DNA of 42,396 bases, taken from IMG/VR virus record IMGVR_UViG_2861064056_000003. One strand, 5' to 3'. The number at the start of each line of letters is the position of its first letter. The first letter of the stretch is position 1. The position numbers and the translations under genes were made by a program. Positions 19,296 to 27,242 of this stretch are shown one piece after another. A model generated the notes under the pieces. The model did not search any database. It worked only from the letters and a program-made list of their open reading frames with translations, and was not told the origin of the DNA. The DNA is from a virus (taxonomy: Duplodnaviria > Heunggongvirae > Uroviricota > Caudoviricetes).

Positions 19296-19367
19296 TAAAA
19301 ATCCTCACCGGAACCGGAAATACCCAAAATGAAAAAATACTAAAAACGAGCGAGTTTTTGCGCGTCT

Positions 19368-19404
19368 ACCGACCCTCGGTGTTTTGGATTTCGGAAAGGA
19401 CCCG
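19368..19404. other. Putative cos region (cosN-like palindrome ACCGACCCTCGGT with cosQ-like CGGAAAGGACCCG)
   Basis: CGGAAAGGACCCG matches the recalled lambda sequence next to the right cohesive end; 13-bp palindrome 12 bp away on the Nu1 side. Confidence 0.35.
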
Positions 19405-19648
19405 CGACCAGGGGGCTATCTCCCTTTCAGGACAGGAATTAGGGGCTCGCATCAGGTTCATCAAACTCAACTGTAGCCTCGCGGCGTACTTGTTTGCATA
19501 CATCAGCTTTGTGTATCTGATTATCAGCGTAAGCTTTCACTTTGGCAGCGAGCCATCCTTTTGTGCTGTATCGATAGACTACCGAACAAGTTTTCCATAT
19601 ATGTATATATCTTGAACTTATTGATATCATTACAGAAAAACAACAACC

Positions 19649-19909
19649 ATGAGAACGCAAAAAATGAACAGAGAAAAAATTGAAGCCTTAATGAGCGTAA
19701 TATTAAAAGAAGCTGACCCAAAAAAGTTTCCTGAGAAGTTATCAGAGGACGCCATCGTATCTTTTTATCGTGCGAACTCCTCTTATCTAAATTGTTCAAC
19801 TTTAAGAGAATGGCTAAGCGGCGAAGCAGAGCCTTCAGATGAGATACTTCAGAAGATTATGGTTCAGAACAACTGGCGCGCAACAAAATGGTCAAATCAG
19901 TTACCTTAA
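19649..19909 (+). CDS. Hypothetical small protein (possible moron near cos)
   Basis: 86 aa ORF in AT-rich DNA opposite to the late operon; no clear RBS. Confidence 0.25.
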   Translation: MRTQKMNREKIEALMSVILKEADPKKFPEKLSEDAIVSFYRANSSYLNCSTLREWLSGEAEPSDEILQKIMVQNNWRATKWSNQLP

Positions 19910-19923
19910 TCTGTTGAATGTGT

Positions 19924-19947
19924 GCCGCCTTAAAACAAAAAGGCGGC
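19924..19947. terminator. Hairpin between convergent genes (GCCGCCT-N10-AGGCGGC)
   Basis: 7-bp GC stem between the 3' ends of 19649..19909 (+) and 19969..20163 (-); weak U-tract. Confidence 0.3.
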
Positions 19948-19968
19948 CTCTCGTTAAAGTAAATTACC

Positions 19969-20163
19969 CTATTTTCCACCAAGGCATGAAGCCTCTGCCC
20001 CGGTTGAATCAATACAACCACCGTTCGCAGTAGTAATCTTCGTACCCGGCGCGATCATCACGTGTTTAATACTGCTGCCGTCAGCGCGAGTCGCTTCGGT
20101 GTATGTCGAATGTGTGCAGCCTGCCAGCGTGAAGAACGCGACAGCTAAGAGAAGTTTTTTCAC
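19969..20163 (-). CDS. Small lipoprotein (signal peptide with lipobox LAGC)
   Basis: MKKLLLAVAFFTLAGC start; 64 aa, three Cys; directly after the endolysin-like gene. Confidence 0.5.
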   Translation of the reverse strand: MKKLLLAVAFFTLAGCTHSTYTEATRADGSSIKHVMIAPGTKITTANGGCIDSTGAEASCLGGK

Positions 20164-20170
20164 GTTTTAC

Positions 20171-20650
20171 CTACGCTTCTGAGATAGATTTCTCAGCATT
20201 CACCAATGGAAGTGATTGTGGAACATCCGTTTGACCTGCTGGCCAGCGGTAGCCTGTTACGCGGGAACGAGGAAAAGCTTTGATATTTACTTCATCTGCC
20301 TGGTTGCCCCCCAAAATCATTAAATCCCCGGCGGCATTTTTCCCGACAACAAAGCCGACGTGACCACCGCCAGACCGAGACAGAATAGCAATGCATCCAT
20401 AGGCGGGTTCCTTCAGTTCATTACCCCAATCGAGATAAGAATTCGCAGACTCAAAACGCGTTGAGCGAATACCCGCACGTTCCAGCATTGCCCCGGTGAA
20501 AGCAGCGCACCACGGTGTTTCGTCATCCTTAATGCCGCCGCGTTTGATATCTTTCCAGTACTGCACAATTTCTGCAGCATGTTGCTTCCCTTTCATTTCC
20601 CGAATGCCGAGGTTTTTTCGAGCCTCGATTAGCCATTTAGGATCCGTCAT
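20171..20650 (-). CDS. Putative endolysin, cysteine peptidase type (CHAP/NlpC-P60-like)
   Basis: Candidate catalytic Cys (ETPWCAAF) and His (GGHVGFVVG); located in the lysis cassette. Confidence 0.5.
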   Translation of the reverse strand: MTDPKWLIEARKNLGIREMKGKQHAAEIVQYWKDIKRGGIKDDETPWCAAFTGAMLERAGIRSTRFESANSYLDWGNELKEPAYGCIAILSRSGGGHVGFVVGKNAAGDLMILGGNQADEVNIKAFPRSRVTGYRWPAGQTDVPQSLPLVNAEKSISEA

Positions 20651-20922
20651 TACCTGTCTCCTGTTATTTTTGAAATATTCCCTCGTGCCCGCCAGACAGC
20701 AATACAGATGGTGAGGTTGAGAAAGAACTCTGCGGGATCAACCTGCGTATATTTCCCGTAAAAAATTCGTAGGGCTATCCACGCAGCAGACAGAATCGCG
20801 AGGTAAGCAGTTAGTGAGATGAAAAAACGATAGCGGCCTGTTTTTTGAAAAAACATCAACCGTAGTGCCAACATCAGACAAATAATTGCATTGGCATTGA
20901 TGAGGACAGAGTGCAGGGTCAT
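20650..20922 (-). CDS. Small membrane protein, holin/antiholin-like
   Basis: 90 aa with 2-3 hydrophobic segments, between the holin and endolysin genes. Confidence 0.4.
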   Translation of the reverse strand: MTLHSVLINANAIICLMLALRLMFFQKTGRYRFFISLTAYLAILSAAWIALRIFYGKYTQVDPAEFFLNLTICIAVWRARGNISKITGDR

Positions 20923-21305
20923 TATTTCATCCCCTTATCTGATTTCCATAAACGAGCTTGTGACATGATCCGCAACAGTGATGTAACGCTGATTACTGAT
21001 GCAACCAGTGCACCAATGGCGGGAGAGACTTTTACTGTTACGGGAGGGTTCAGGTGACTCAGCACCGCGTTCAGAATACCGGTAATGATGGCTGACGCTG
21101 TCTCAGCGCAATACACACCGCCAACAAACGAAATGAGTGCGAAAATAACCTGCTTCCAGAATCGATGCTGCCCGGACGACAACACATAGAGAGCTGCGCC
21201 TGCCAGCGCACAGATCATCACTGCAGGTGTTGCCTCAGGAAATAACGCAGCAAACGTCACCCCCGCCGAGCCAGCAGCAACGCCAGCGGTTAGAGGTTCA
21301 GACAT
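20922..21305 (-). CDS. Holin
   Basis: Membrane protein with several TM segments; start taken at internal ATG (MSEPLTAG) with RBS AGGAAA; first gene after the Q-like gene and tR'-like terminator. Confidence 0.5.
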   Translation of the reverse strand: MSEPLTAGVAAGSAGVTFAALFPEATPAVMICALAGAALYVLSSGQHRFWKQVIFALISFVGGVYCAETASAIITGILNAVLSHLNPPVTVKVSPAIGALVASVISVTSLLRIMSQARLWKSDKGMK

Positions 21306-21320
21306 GATTTTTCCTGATTC

Positions 21321-21349
21321 AGAAACGACAAAACCCCGCCGTGGCGAGG
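21321..21349 (-). terminator. tR'-like intrinsic terminator between the Q-like gene and holin
   Basis: Minus strand CCTCGC-CACG-GCGGGG hairpin followed by TTTTGTCGTTTC. Confidence 0.45.
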
Positions 21350-21417
21350 TTCTTAGAAATTTGGCAACATACCAAATTAGCGTCAAATATGGCCTATTTT
21401 GTTCGTTTTTGCAAGCA
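21350..21417 (-). promoter_or_regulatory. Probable late promoter / Q-utilisation region
   Basis: Between the Q-like stop and the terminator; TTGCAA and TATTTG hexamers on the minus strand with 19-bp spacing, so exact elements are uncertain. Confidence 0.3.
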
Positions 21418-22089
21418 TTATACGCAAACGTCGTCTAAATGGTTCTGATAATGATGCAAAGTTGCAAGAAGTGCCACTTCATCAAGTGCTCTCACCGCCT
21501 CTTTCATTCCTACCCAGTGCAGGGAGTATGTTTCGCACCAGGTGGAACGAGAAACCGACAGCATTCCTGCTAGGGTAGATCCGGCCATCTCCTTAAAATC
21601 CTCGCGTTTATTTGCTGCTGCGACCGCCTGCACGGACAACCACACCAACGAAAGCAGGCGCTTAACTACTTTTCTCTGAGTTGACGCGGGGATGTTTCCT
21701 TTATAGCGACTCCAGACAGCCTCACAAATAGCTGTTTGGTGTTTGAATGCCAGGTTACCACCGTAGCAATAACGCAACCACGCTTGCTGACTTGCATCCA
21801 GCGAGTTCACAGAACGCCGCCAGGATGAATCAGCAAATTCAAAATCACTCATCGGCGGCGCGGGGCGACGTCTGCTGAAACTTTCCAGAGCGTAAACTGG
21901 CGTAACCAGAGCATCAACGGTCCGGTCCTCCAGCTGCACACGGTGAATATGTTTGCGTGGGTATGCGTTTTTGTCTGCCGGTGGGTGCTCACACAATGCT
22001 TCCAGTTGCCCCTTAGAACCACCAGACAAATCCCGCAATGCAGCGCGCAGTTTTATGCGGGTATATTCCAATAAATACTCGTTACTCAT
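21418..22089 (-). CDS. Late-gene antitermination protein Q-like
   Basis: 223 aa, Cys-containing, immediately upstream of the late promoter and lysis genes and after the YbcO-like gene. Confidence 0.5.
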   Translation of the reverse strand: MSNEYLLEYTRIKLRAALRDLSGGSKGQLEALCEHPPADKNAYPRKHIHRVQLEDRTVDALVTPVYALESFSRRRPAPPMSDFEFADSSWRRSVNSLDASQQAWLRYCYGGNLAFKHQTAICEAVWSRYKGNIPASTQRKVVKRLLSLVWLSVQAVAAANKREDFKEMAGSTLAGMLSVSRSTWCETYSLHWVGMKEAVRALDEVALLATLHHYQNHLDDVCV

Positions 22090-22382
22090 CAGATAAACTC
22101 CTCATCGCGCCAGATAGCCAGTGTTCTGAAAACTCCCTCAGCGTGCATCAACAACAATGAGTCGTGCTCGTAATCCGTTTTTGTACGTCCGTCGATGGCA
22201 TCGTGACACGCACTGCAGGCGATAGCGCCCTGCATATCGTGAGGTTTGATGGCTGTGCCGCACGTTCCGGCGAGACGATAATGAGCCAGTACGCTGGTTT
22301 CAGGATTGTGATTGCACACACCGGGGATACGCACAGTACAAGCGCGACTGCGTGCAGCTTTTCTCAGGTCGATTTTTTTCAT
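22089..22382 (-). CDS. YbcO-like protein (DUF1364, predicted nuclease of nin regions)
   Basis: RKAAR.R.C.VRIPGVCN.NPETSVLAH.RL.G.CGT..KP.D...AIACSACHD.ID.R matches recalled E. coli YbcO. Confidence 0.65.
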   Translation of the reverse strand: MKKIDLRKAARSRACTVRIPGVCNHNPETSVLAHYRLAGTCGTAIKPHDMQGAIACSACHDAIDGRTKTDYEHDSLLLMHAEGVFRTLAIWRDEEFI

Positions 22383-22975
22383 GATGTGTAATCCAGCAGC
22401 TGCGCGGCGGCATTTTCAGCGGCCTCCTGAGAGGCAAATGTGCGGAACAAAATATAATTCCACAGCACATCTAAAACGGCTGAATACAGTTGACCGAACT
22501 CAAGATCGTCCATCGCTGCAAACGAGATTGAACGAGGTACGCGCATCAAACTGCCGTCTGGCATCTGATGAACGTCATAAAACCCAGCTTCCATAATCGC
22601 CCATGCGCGAAACGCCTCGAACGACTTCACCGCACTGATACTCCCCGCGCGCTTTTCCGACTCATCGAGAAGATACTGATCAGCCAGCTCTGCCATGACA
22701 TCACCGTGTCCACCGTAATACGCCAGTAACTTAACGTAGCCGTGAACCAGTTCGCGCTCCGCAGGAGAAATAGCCCCTCCGGACGGATGCCAGTAATCAA
22801 AGCCCAGGTTGAGAAGTGAGAAAAATTTACGATGAAACGCGGGATTACGCGCCTGTTTGAAATCTGCATACACAACAGCACCTGGTTTGACTCGTTCAGT
22901 CAACCAGCGTTGCGTGTCTGGTGTCGCGGGTATTAGCGAACCGCCGGATACCCTGATAAATGAATGCTGCGCCAT
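22379..22975 (-). CDS. nin-region protein (DUF1367/YbcN-like)
   Basis: 198 aa directly upstream of the YbcO-like gene with overlapping start; family assignment from memory. Confidence 0.4.
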   Translation of the reverse strand: MAQHSFIRVSGGSLIPATPDTQRWLTERVKPGAVVYADFKQARNPAFHRKFFSLLNLGFDYWHPSGGAISPAERELVHGYVKLLAYYGGHGDVMAELADQYLLDESEKRAGSISAVKSFEAFRAWAIMEAGFYDVHQMPDGSLMRVPRSISFAAMDDLEFGQLYSAVLDVLWNYILFRTFASQEAAENAAAQLLDYTS

Positions 22976-23052
22976 GGTTAACTCCAGGTGGCGCGGCAGT
23001 GTTCAGAAAATGGTGCCGGGTGTTCAATCCAGCACCGATATTATACCGTGTT

Positions 23053-23232
23053 TTACGCGTCAGGGGGTGTAATAGTATATCCAGCTATTTCTGCCAACTC
23101 GAGAAACGCCATCAGGCTGGCAATCCGCTCATCATCGGTCAGAACACGCACACCAACGATGTGTCCGTCCTTACGCTTGATAACAGCCCGGCATGTTTCC
23201 GGTAGTTCGCCTATAGATTCTTGAATATTCAT
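23053..23232 (-). CDS. Small protein (59 aa) downstream of a LexA-box promoter
   Basis: ATG at 23232 preceded by a G-rich RBS; track start at 23253 is TTG and sits inside the LexA box. Confidence 0.4.
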   Translation of the reverse strand: MNIQESIGELPETCRAVIKRKDGHIVGVRVLTDDERIASLMAFLELAEIAGYTITPPDA

Positions 23233-23254
23233 GTCTTCCCCCCAATGCCACAAC

Positions 23255-23270
23255 CTGTATATTTATACAG
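23255..23270. promoter_or_regulatory. LexA (SOS) box CTGTATATTTATACAG
   Basis: Fits CTGT-N8-ACAG with AT-rich spacer; 16/20 match to the recalled consensus taCTGTatatatatACAGta. Confidence 0.6.
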
Positions 23271-23289
23271 TATTTTATGGCATTTGTCA
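23262..23289 (-). promoter_or_regulatory. Sigma70-like promoter overlapping the LexA box
   Basis: Minus strand TGACAA -35, 16-bp spacer, TATAAA -10 lying inside the LexA box. Confidence 0.45.
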
Positions 23290-23383
23290 TAACGCCAAAT
23301 ACAATGAGGGAATAATGAACAATTATATTCACGTCGTGAATTTTATTAAACGGTTTTATAGGGGATTAAACCGTTTATGGTCA

Positions 23384-24025
23384 TTATTTATCACTCCTGT
23401 AAATTGGAATTAACCATTTTCTAATCGTCGACGCTGCAGGTGGGTCAGAGTATTTCGCCACAAAAATACCGGATATGTATTGCACGCCACGCGATAATGG
23501 CGCTGTCGGGTTTTCAGTAAAAAAACGATCAGCCAGTTCAATGGCTTCGCTTTTTAATCTGTGCTGTGGTCGTCCTCCGCCCTTTGTTCCCAGGTATCGC
23601 GCCAGTTGTTTGAAACGGTAGGCGATGATTAACGGTCGCATCATCATATTGAAAAAATCGCGGGCATCGTTGTCAGCGCCTTGCGCTATCAACAGTGCAA
23701 AAAACAGATACGGGATTATGTACACTTCAGGAGATATACGAACCCGTTCACAAGTTGGTGGAGCCAACTCAATAAGTAAGTCAGCCAGCGGATTCCCCTT
23801 TTCTCCACGTTTGTAATAGCGATACAGCGGCCCGATATCAAGTTCACTCACGTCGATTTCAGGATGCCCGGCAACGACTGTACGTATCTCTTCTGCCAGA
23901 GCGTCAAATATTGCCCCGGTCCGTTCAAGATAGAGCCTCCGGGTCGAACCGCGATCATCCAACGCCCGTAACATATCTAACCGGCTAACGAAAGTTTCAG
24001 GCCAGTCCTCATAGAAGGTTTTCAT
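23384..24025 (-). CDS. Hypothetical protein (~213 aa), no recognised family
   Basis: ORF track; start taken at MKTFYEDW with a weak GAGGT RBS; divergent from 24269..24502. Confidence 0.45.
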   Translation of the reverse strand: MKTFYEDWPETFVSRLDMLRALDDRGSTRRLYLERTGAIFDALAEEIRTVVAGHPEIDVSELDIGPLYRYYKRGEKGNPLADLLIELAPPTCERVRISPEVYIIPYLFFALLIAQGADNDARDFFNMMMRPLIIAYRFKQLARYLGTKGGGRPQHRLKSEAIELADRFFTENPTAPLSRGVQYISGIFVAKYSDPPAASTIRKWLIPIYRSDK

Positions 24026-24268
24026 AATTACCTCGAATAATAAAAACTGCACTATTTGCACAATTTATTATTCGTTTTCACGCCGCTGAGTTCTATAAAA
24101 AAGAAAAAACCTCCGAGGCAGGGTTTTGTTATGGCTCGTTAAATCATCATCCAACTTTTTAGACTGAACGGTGATACTTGCAAATATTTGAAAATATGGG
24201 CTGGAACCCTATCTTATGATGTGCCTGGTAATTTATATTGTTGGGTCTTTATATCATGAGGAATCACT

Positions 24269-24502
24269 ATGGGTACGTTAGGCAACCAGCCGTGCAGAAG
24301 TCGTTATGAGTTCGATGATTTTAATTTAGCCAATCGAGCTGCGGCTCTTACTAAGTTAGCAAAAGAAACTGGTGTATCGGTGGATACCTTAATCAAACTT
24401 GAAATTGCTATGCAACTGAATCGGCTCAACTCCATCCTTATCGAAAACGGTGACAAGATGGACGAGAATCTGGCAGGTATTGGCGAGATACTGCAGAAGT
24501 GA
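24269..24502 (+). CDS. Small protein with probable helix-turn-helix
   Basis: 77 aa; RBS GAGGAA; LAKETGVSVDTLIKLE resembles an HTH; followed by a hairpin. Confidence 0.4.
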   Translation: MGTLGNQPCRSRYEFDDFNLANRAAALTKLAKETGVSVDTLIKLEIAMQLNRLNSILIENGDKMDENLAGIGEILQK

Positions 24503-24508
24503 GAGTAG

Positions 24509-24524
24509 CCCCTCTTCTGAGGGG
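24509..24524 (+). terminator. Hairpin CCCCTC-TTCT-GAGGGG after the 77-aa gene
   Basis: Perfect 6-bp stem directly 3' of the stop codon; short U-tract. Confidence 0.35.
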
Positions 24525-24801
24525 TTGCACATTTAAAATATTAAGGGCGGTCTTCTTCACGTACACAGTCACCTGGTCGAATCGTTCACGCATACTGAGT
24601 ACAAAAAATCTCAACGATAAGATCAGGTTAGACCTGTATTTTCCAGAAACATATAGACGCCTAAAAAAACACTAAACTCATGATTATCATGTATGTTTTT
24701 ACTGGAAACATTGAACCATCCACAATACAGCGTAAAAAGCAAGCAATTCACAAGATTTTAAAGTGATTTATCTGGAAGACTTTACTACTAACAGTTAATA
24801 T

Positions 24802-24846
24802 CGTACCAGAAGTGCAGAATTTGCACTTTTACAGGAATGTGGTACG
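24802..24846. promoter_or_regulatory. Nested dyad symmetry upstream of the ImmA-like gene
   Basis: Outer CGTACCA...TGGTACG and inner GTGCA-gaatt-TGCAC inverted repeats 55-100 bp upstream of the ATG at 24901. Confidence 0.4.
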
Positions 24847-24900
24847 GAACATGCTGTCTATATTTCAACCAATAATCGTAATGCAGTAACTGGAGGAGCT

Positions 24901-25389
24901 ATGGCTACCAACCCAAGAGAGCACGCCCGGCGAGTGCTGGACACGTTCTGGTGCGGGCGTGGTTTCCCTGTTGATCCAGCGAAAATTGCTCACGACATGG
25001 GATTAGATGTTTTTATTACCGATCTTCCTGGGAAAGTTTCTGGCGCACTGATTAAACAAAAAGATCAAGATCCAGCGATCTTTCTAAACAGTGATGACAA
25101 CAAAGTTCGTCAACGTTTTTCATGTGGGCATGAGTTGGGGCATTACATCGCCCGGCAAGCATCGCATAGCGATGAATATGAGTACGTTGATTTACGTGGC
25201 GAAACCGCAAGCGCCGGAACGCATCCTGATGAAATTTTTGCAAACAAGTTCGCAGCAGAACTTCTGATGCCGGTAGATGAGGTCAGAAAACTGCACGCTG
25301 ACGGTCAACCAAGTTATATAATGGCGCATTATTTTGGCGTATCTGACGATGCGATGACTTATCGTTTAAAGAACTTGAGGTTGGGGTAA
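24901..25389 (+). CDS. ImmA/IrrE-family zinc metallopeptidase (M78-type)
   Basis: RQRFSCGHELGHY signature (HEXXH after RxRF); strong RBS GGAGGAG; 162 aa. Confidence 0.7.
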   Translation: MATNPREHARRVLDTFWCGRGFPVDPAKIAHDMGLDVFITDLPGKVSGALIKQKDQDPAIFLNSDDNKVRQRFSCGHELGHYIARQASHSDEYEYVDLRGETASAGTHPDEIFANKFAAELLMPVDEVRKLHADGQPSYIMAHYFGVSDDAMTYRLKNLRLG

Positions 25390-25398
25390 CGCTTTAAA

Positions 25399-25914
25399 AT
25401 GCCATCGGATGACGATTTTAACAGCCGTTTCAAACAGGAAGTAGCACGCAGACTGAAGGATTCCCTCAACCTACACCGTCAGTTAGCAGAAGAGGTTGAG
25501 CCGGAGGACGATGAAACTCCGGTTCAGTCTCCTGACGAAGCTTCACCTCAGCCAAAGGTTTCGCACGCCCCCAAAAAAACGGCTGTCCGTATTCGCGGAA
25601 TAGCCAGAAAAAGAGCTGCCGAAGCTCGCAAAATGGCTGTAGCTGCGTCTAGCAAAAGAATTCCAACTGCTACACCCTCTCAACAAGTCACCCGTACTGA
25701 GAGTAAAATCTTGACCGAGTTCACATCTGTGAAACAGGTGAATTCACTTGATACCGAGCATGAGCGCAAACAACTCAACAACAAAGATTTTGAAGCAGAA
25801 ATCGCTCTAAAAAAACGATACGGGAAATGGTTCCTGATTATCCTTGCTTTCCAACTTCTGATAATGAATGGTGTATTTATTGCCGACGGCGCAGGTAAGC
25901 TGGAATTTGGGTGA
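25399..25914 (+). CDS. Charged protein with C-terminal TM segment, 3' end interrupted by IS1
   Basis: Start 10 nt after the ImmA-like stop; stop codon supplied by the IS1 end; frame continues in 26686..26780 once IS1 and one TSD copy are removed. Confidence 0.5.
   Translation: MPSDDDFNSRFKQEVARRLKDSLNLHRQLAEEVEPEDDETPVQSPDEASPQPKVSHAPKKTAVRIRGIARKRAAEARKMAVAASSKRIPTATPSQQVTRTESKILTEFTSVKQVNSLDTEHERKQLNNKDFEAEIALKKRYGKWFLIILAFQLLIMNGVFIADGAGKLEFG
25902..25909. repeat. Target-site duplication GGAATTTG, left copy
   Basis: Identical 8-mer immediately flanks both IS1 ends. Confidence 0.75.
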
Positions 25915-25964
25915 TGCTGCCAACTTACTGATTTAGTGTATGATGGTGTTTTTGAGGTGCTCCA

Positions 25965-26240
25965 GTGGCTTCTGTTTCTATCAGCTGTCCCTCCTGTTCA
26001 GCTACTGACGGGGTGGTGCGTAACGGCAAAAGCACCGCCGGACATCAGCGCTATCTCTGCTCTCACTGCCGTAAAACATGGCAACTGCAGTTCACTTACA
26101 CCGCTTCTCAACCCGGTACGCACCAGAAAATCATTGATATGGCCATGAATGGCGTTGGATGCCGGGCAACCGCCCGCATTATGGGCGTTGGCCTCAACAC
26201 GATTTTACGTCACTTAAAAAACTCAGGCCGCAGTCGGTAA
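25965..26240 (+). CDS. insA: IS1 InsA
   Basis: 91 aa [42 protein letters not shown]..., the IS1 InsA sequence. Confidence 0.9.
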
Positions 26241-26662
26241 CCTCGCGCATACAGCCGGGCAGTGATGTGATTGTCTGCGCTGAAATGGACGAACAGTGGG
26301 GCTACGTCGGTGCTAAATCACGTCAGCGCTGGCTGTTTTACGCGTATGACAGGATACGGAGGACGGTTGTGGCGCACGTCTTCGGTGAACGCACTCTGGC
26401 CACACTGGAGCGTCTTCTGAGCCTGCTGTCGGCCTTTGAGGTCGTGGTATGGATGACGGATGGCTGGCCGCTGTATGAATCCCGCCTGAAGGGAAAGCTG
26501 CACGTAATCAGCAAGCGTTACACTCAGCGAATTGAGCGGCATAACCTGAATCTGAGACAACATCTGGCAAGGCTGGGACGGAAGTCACTGTCGTTCTCAA
26601 AATCGGTGGAGCTGCATGACAAGGTCATCGGGCATTATCTGAACATAAAACACTATCAGTAA
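26159..26662 (+). CDS. insB: IS1 InsB (made as InsAB' by frameshift)
   Basis: 167 aa ORF with the IS1 InsB sequence (..[28 protein letters not shown]..). Confidence 0.85.
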
Positions 26663-26677
26663 GTTGGAGTCATTACC

Positions 26678-26685
26678 GGAATTTG
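26678..26685. repeat. Target-site duplication GGAATTTG, right copy
   Basis: Matches 25902..25909. Confidence 0.75.
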
Positions 26686-26708
26686 AGGATTTAACACTAC
26701 AGTTGTAC

Positions 26709-26780
26709 ATGGGCGGTACTTTGACAGAGGTATTCGGCCTCGTGCTGGTCGTGACAAAATACCTTTTTAAACGCAAGTAA
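26709..26780 (+). repeat. Copy 1 of a ~75-bp direct repeat encoding MGGTLTEVFGLVLVVTKYLFKRK
   Basis: ~92% identical to 30132..30203; here in frame with the IS1-interrupted gene 25399.. Confidence 0.6.
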
Positions 26781-27027
26781 CTCTCTCGGTCCAACAGTCT
26801 TTCGAAGGCCCTGATCAAAGGGCCTTGATAAATTAGCAGTGCGTTGAAAACAGATAGTTATTCCCATCAGTTCCAACGTAATACACATCAAAAAAATCAC
26901 CATTCTTTTGCTCTAACGTCAACACCTACCCTTAAAAAAATAATTCTCCAAGAATGAGAAAGTTATTGTGTGTATTAGATAAGATATGAGCTGACACATC
27001 TATGGCGTGGAGCCAAATTTAATATGA

Positions 27028-27059
27028 CAGTCCGCTCTGTGCCATAAGCGGACTGTCAA
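27028..27059 (-). terminator. Hairpin GACAGTCCGC-N12-GCGGACTGTC downstream of the low-GC gene
   Basis: Perfect 10-bp inverted repeat; A/T-rich on the minus-strand 3' side. Confidence 0.4.
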
Positions 27060-27242
27060 TAAACAGATTCACTTGTAAATCTTGAAGCTATACATATTTA
27101 CTTTCAATGATAAATAAAAGAACTATCCAAAAATCACTGAGAGCATATTTTAACTAACCCTCCGCTACTATTAACATAAATTTCACCCAACCATAATTAA
27201 ATTGATACATATAGCAACTTACCTTGATACGAATCATCTGGG

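Larger units (their letters stand above)
25910..26677 (+). mobile_element. IS1 insertion sequence, complete 768 bp
   Basis: Starts GGTGATGCTGCCAACTTACTGAT and ends with the inverted terminal repeat ..ATCAGTAAGTTGGAGTCATTACC; encodes InsA and InsB. Confidence 0.9.

Noticed and set aside
19439-19799. Minus-strand ORFs (73 and 91 aa) in the cos-proximal region
   Set aside because: They overlap the predicted cos and promoter region, have no RBS and are mutually overlapping; likely non-coding
20171-20650. Search for an inner-membrane spanin embedded in or overlapping the endolysin or lipoprotein genes
   Set aside because: No alternative-frame ORF with an N-terminal TM segment of suitable length was evident; spanin status left open
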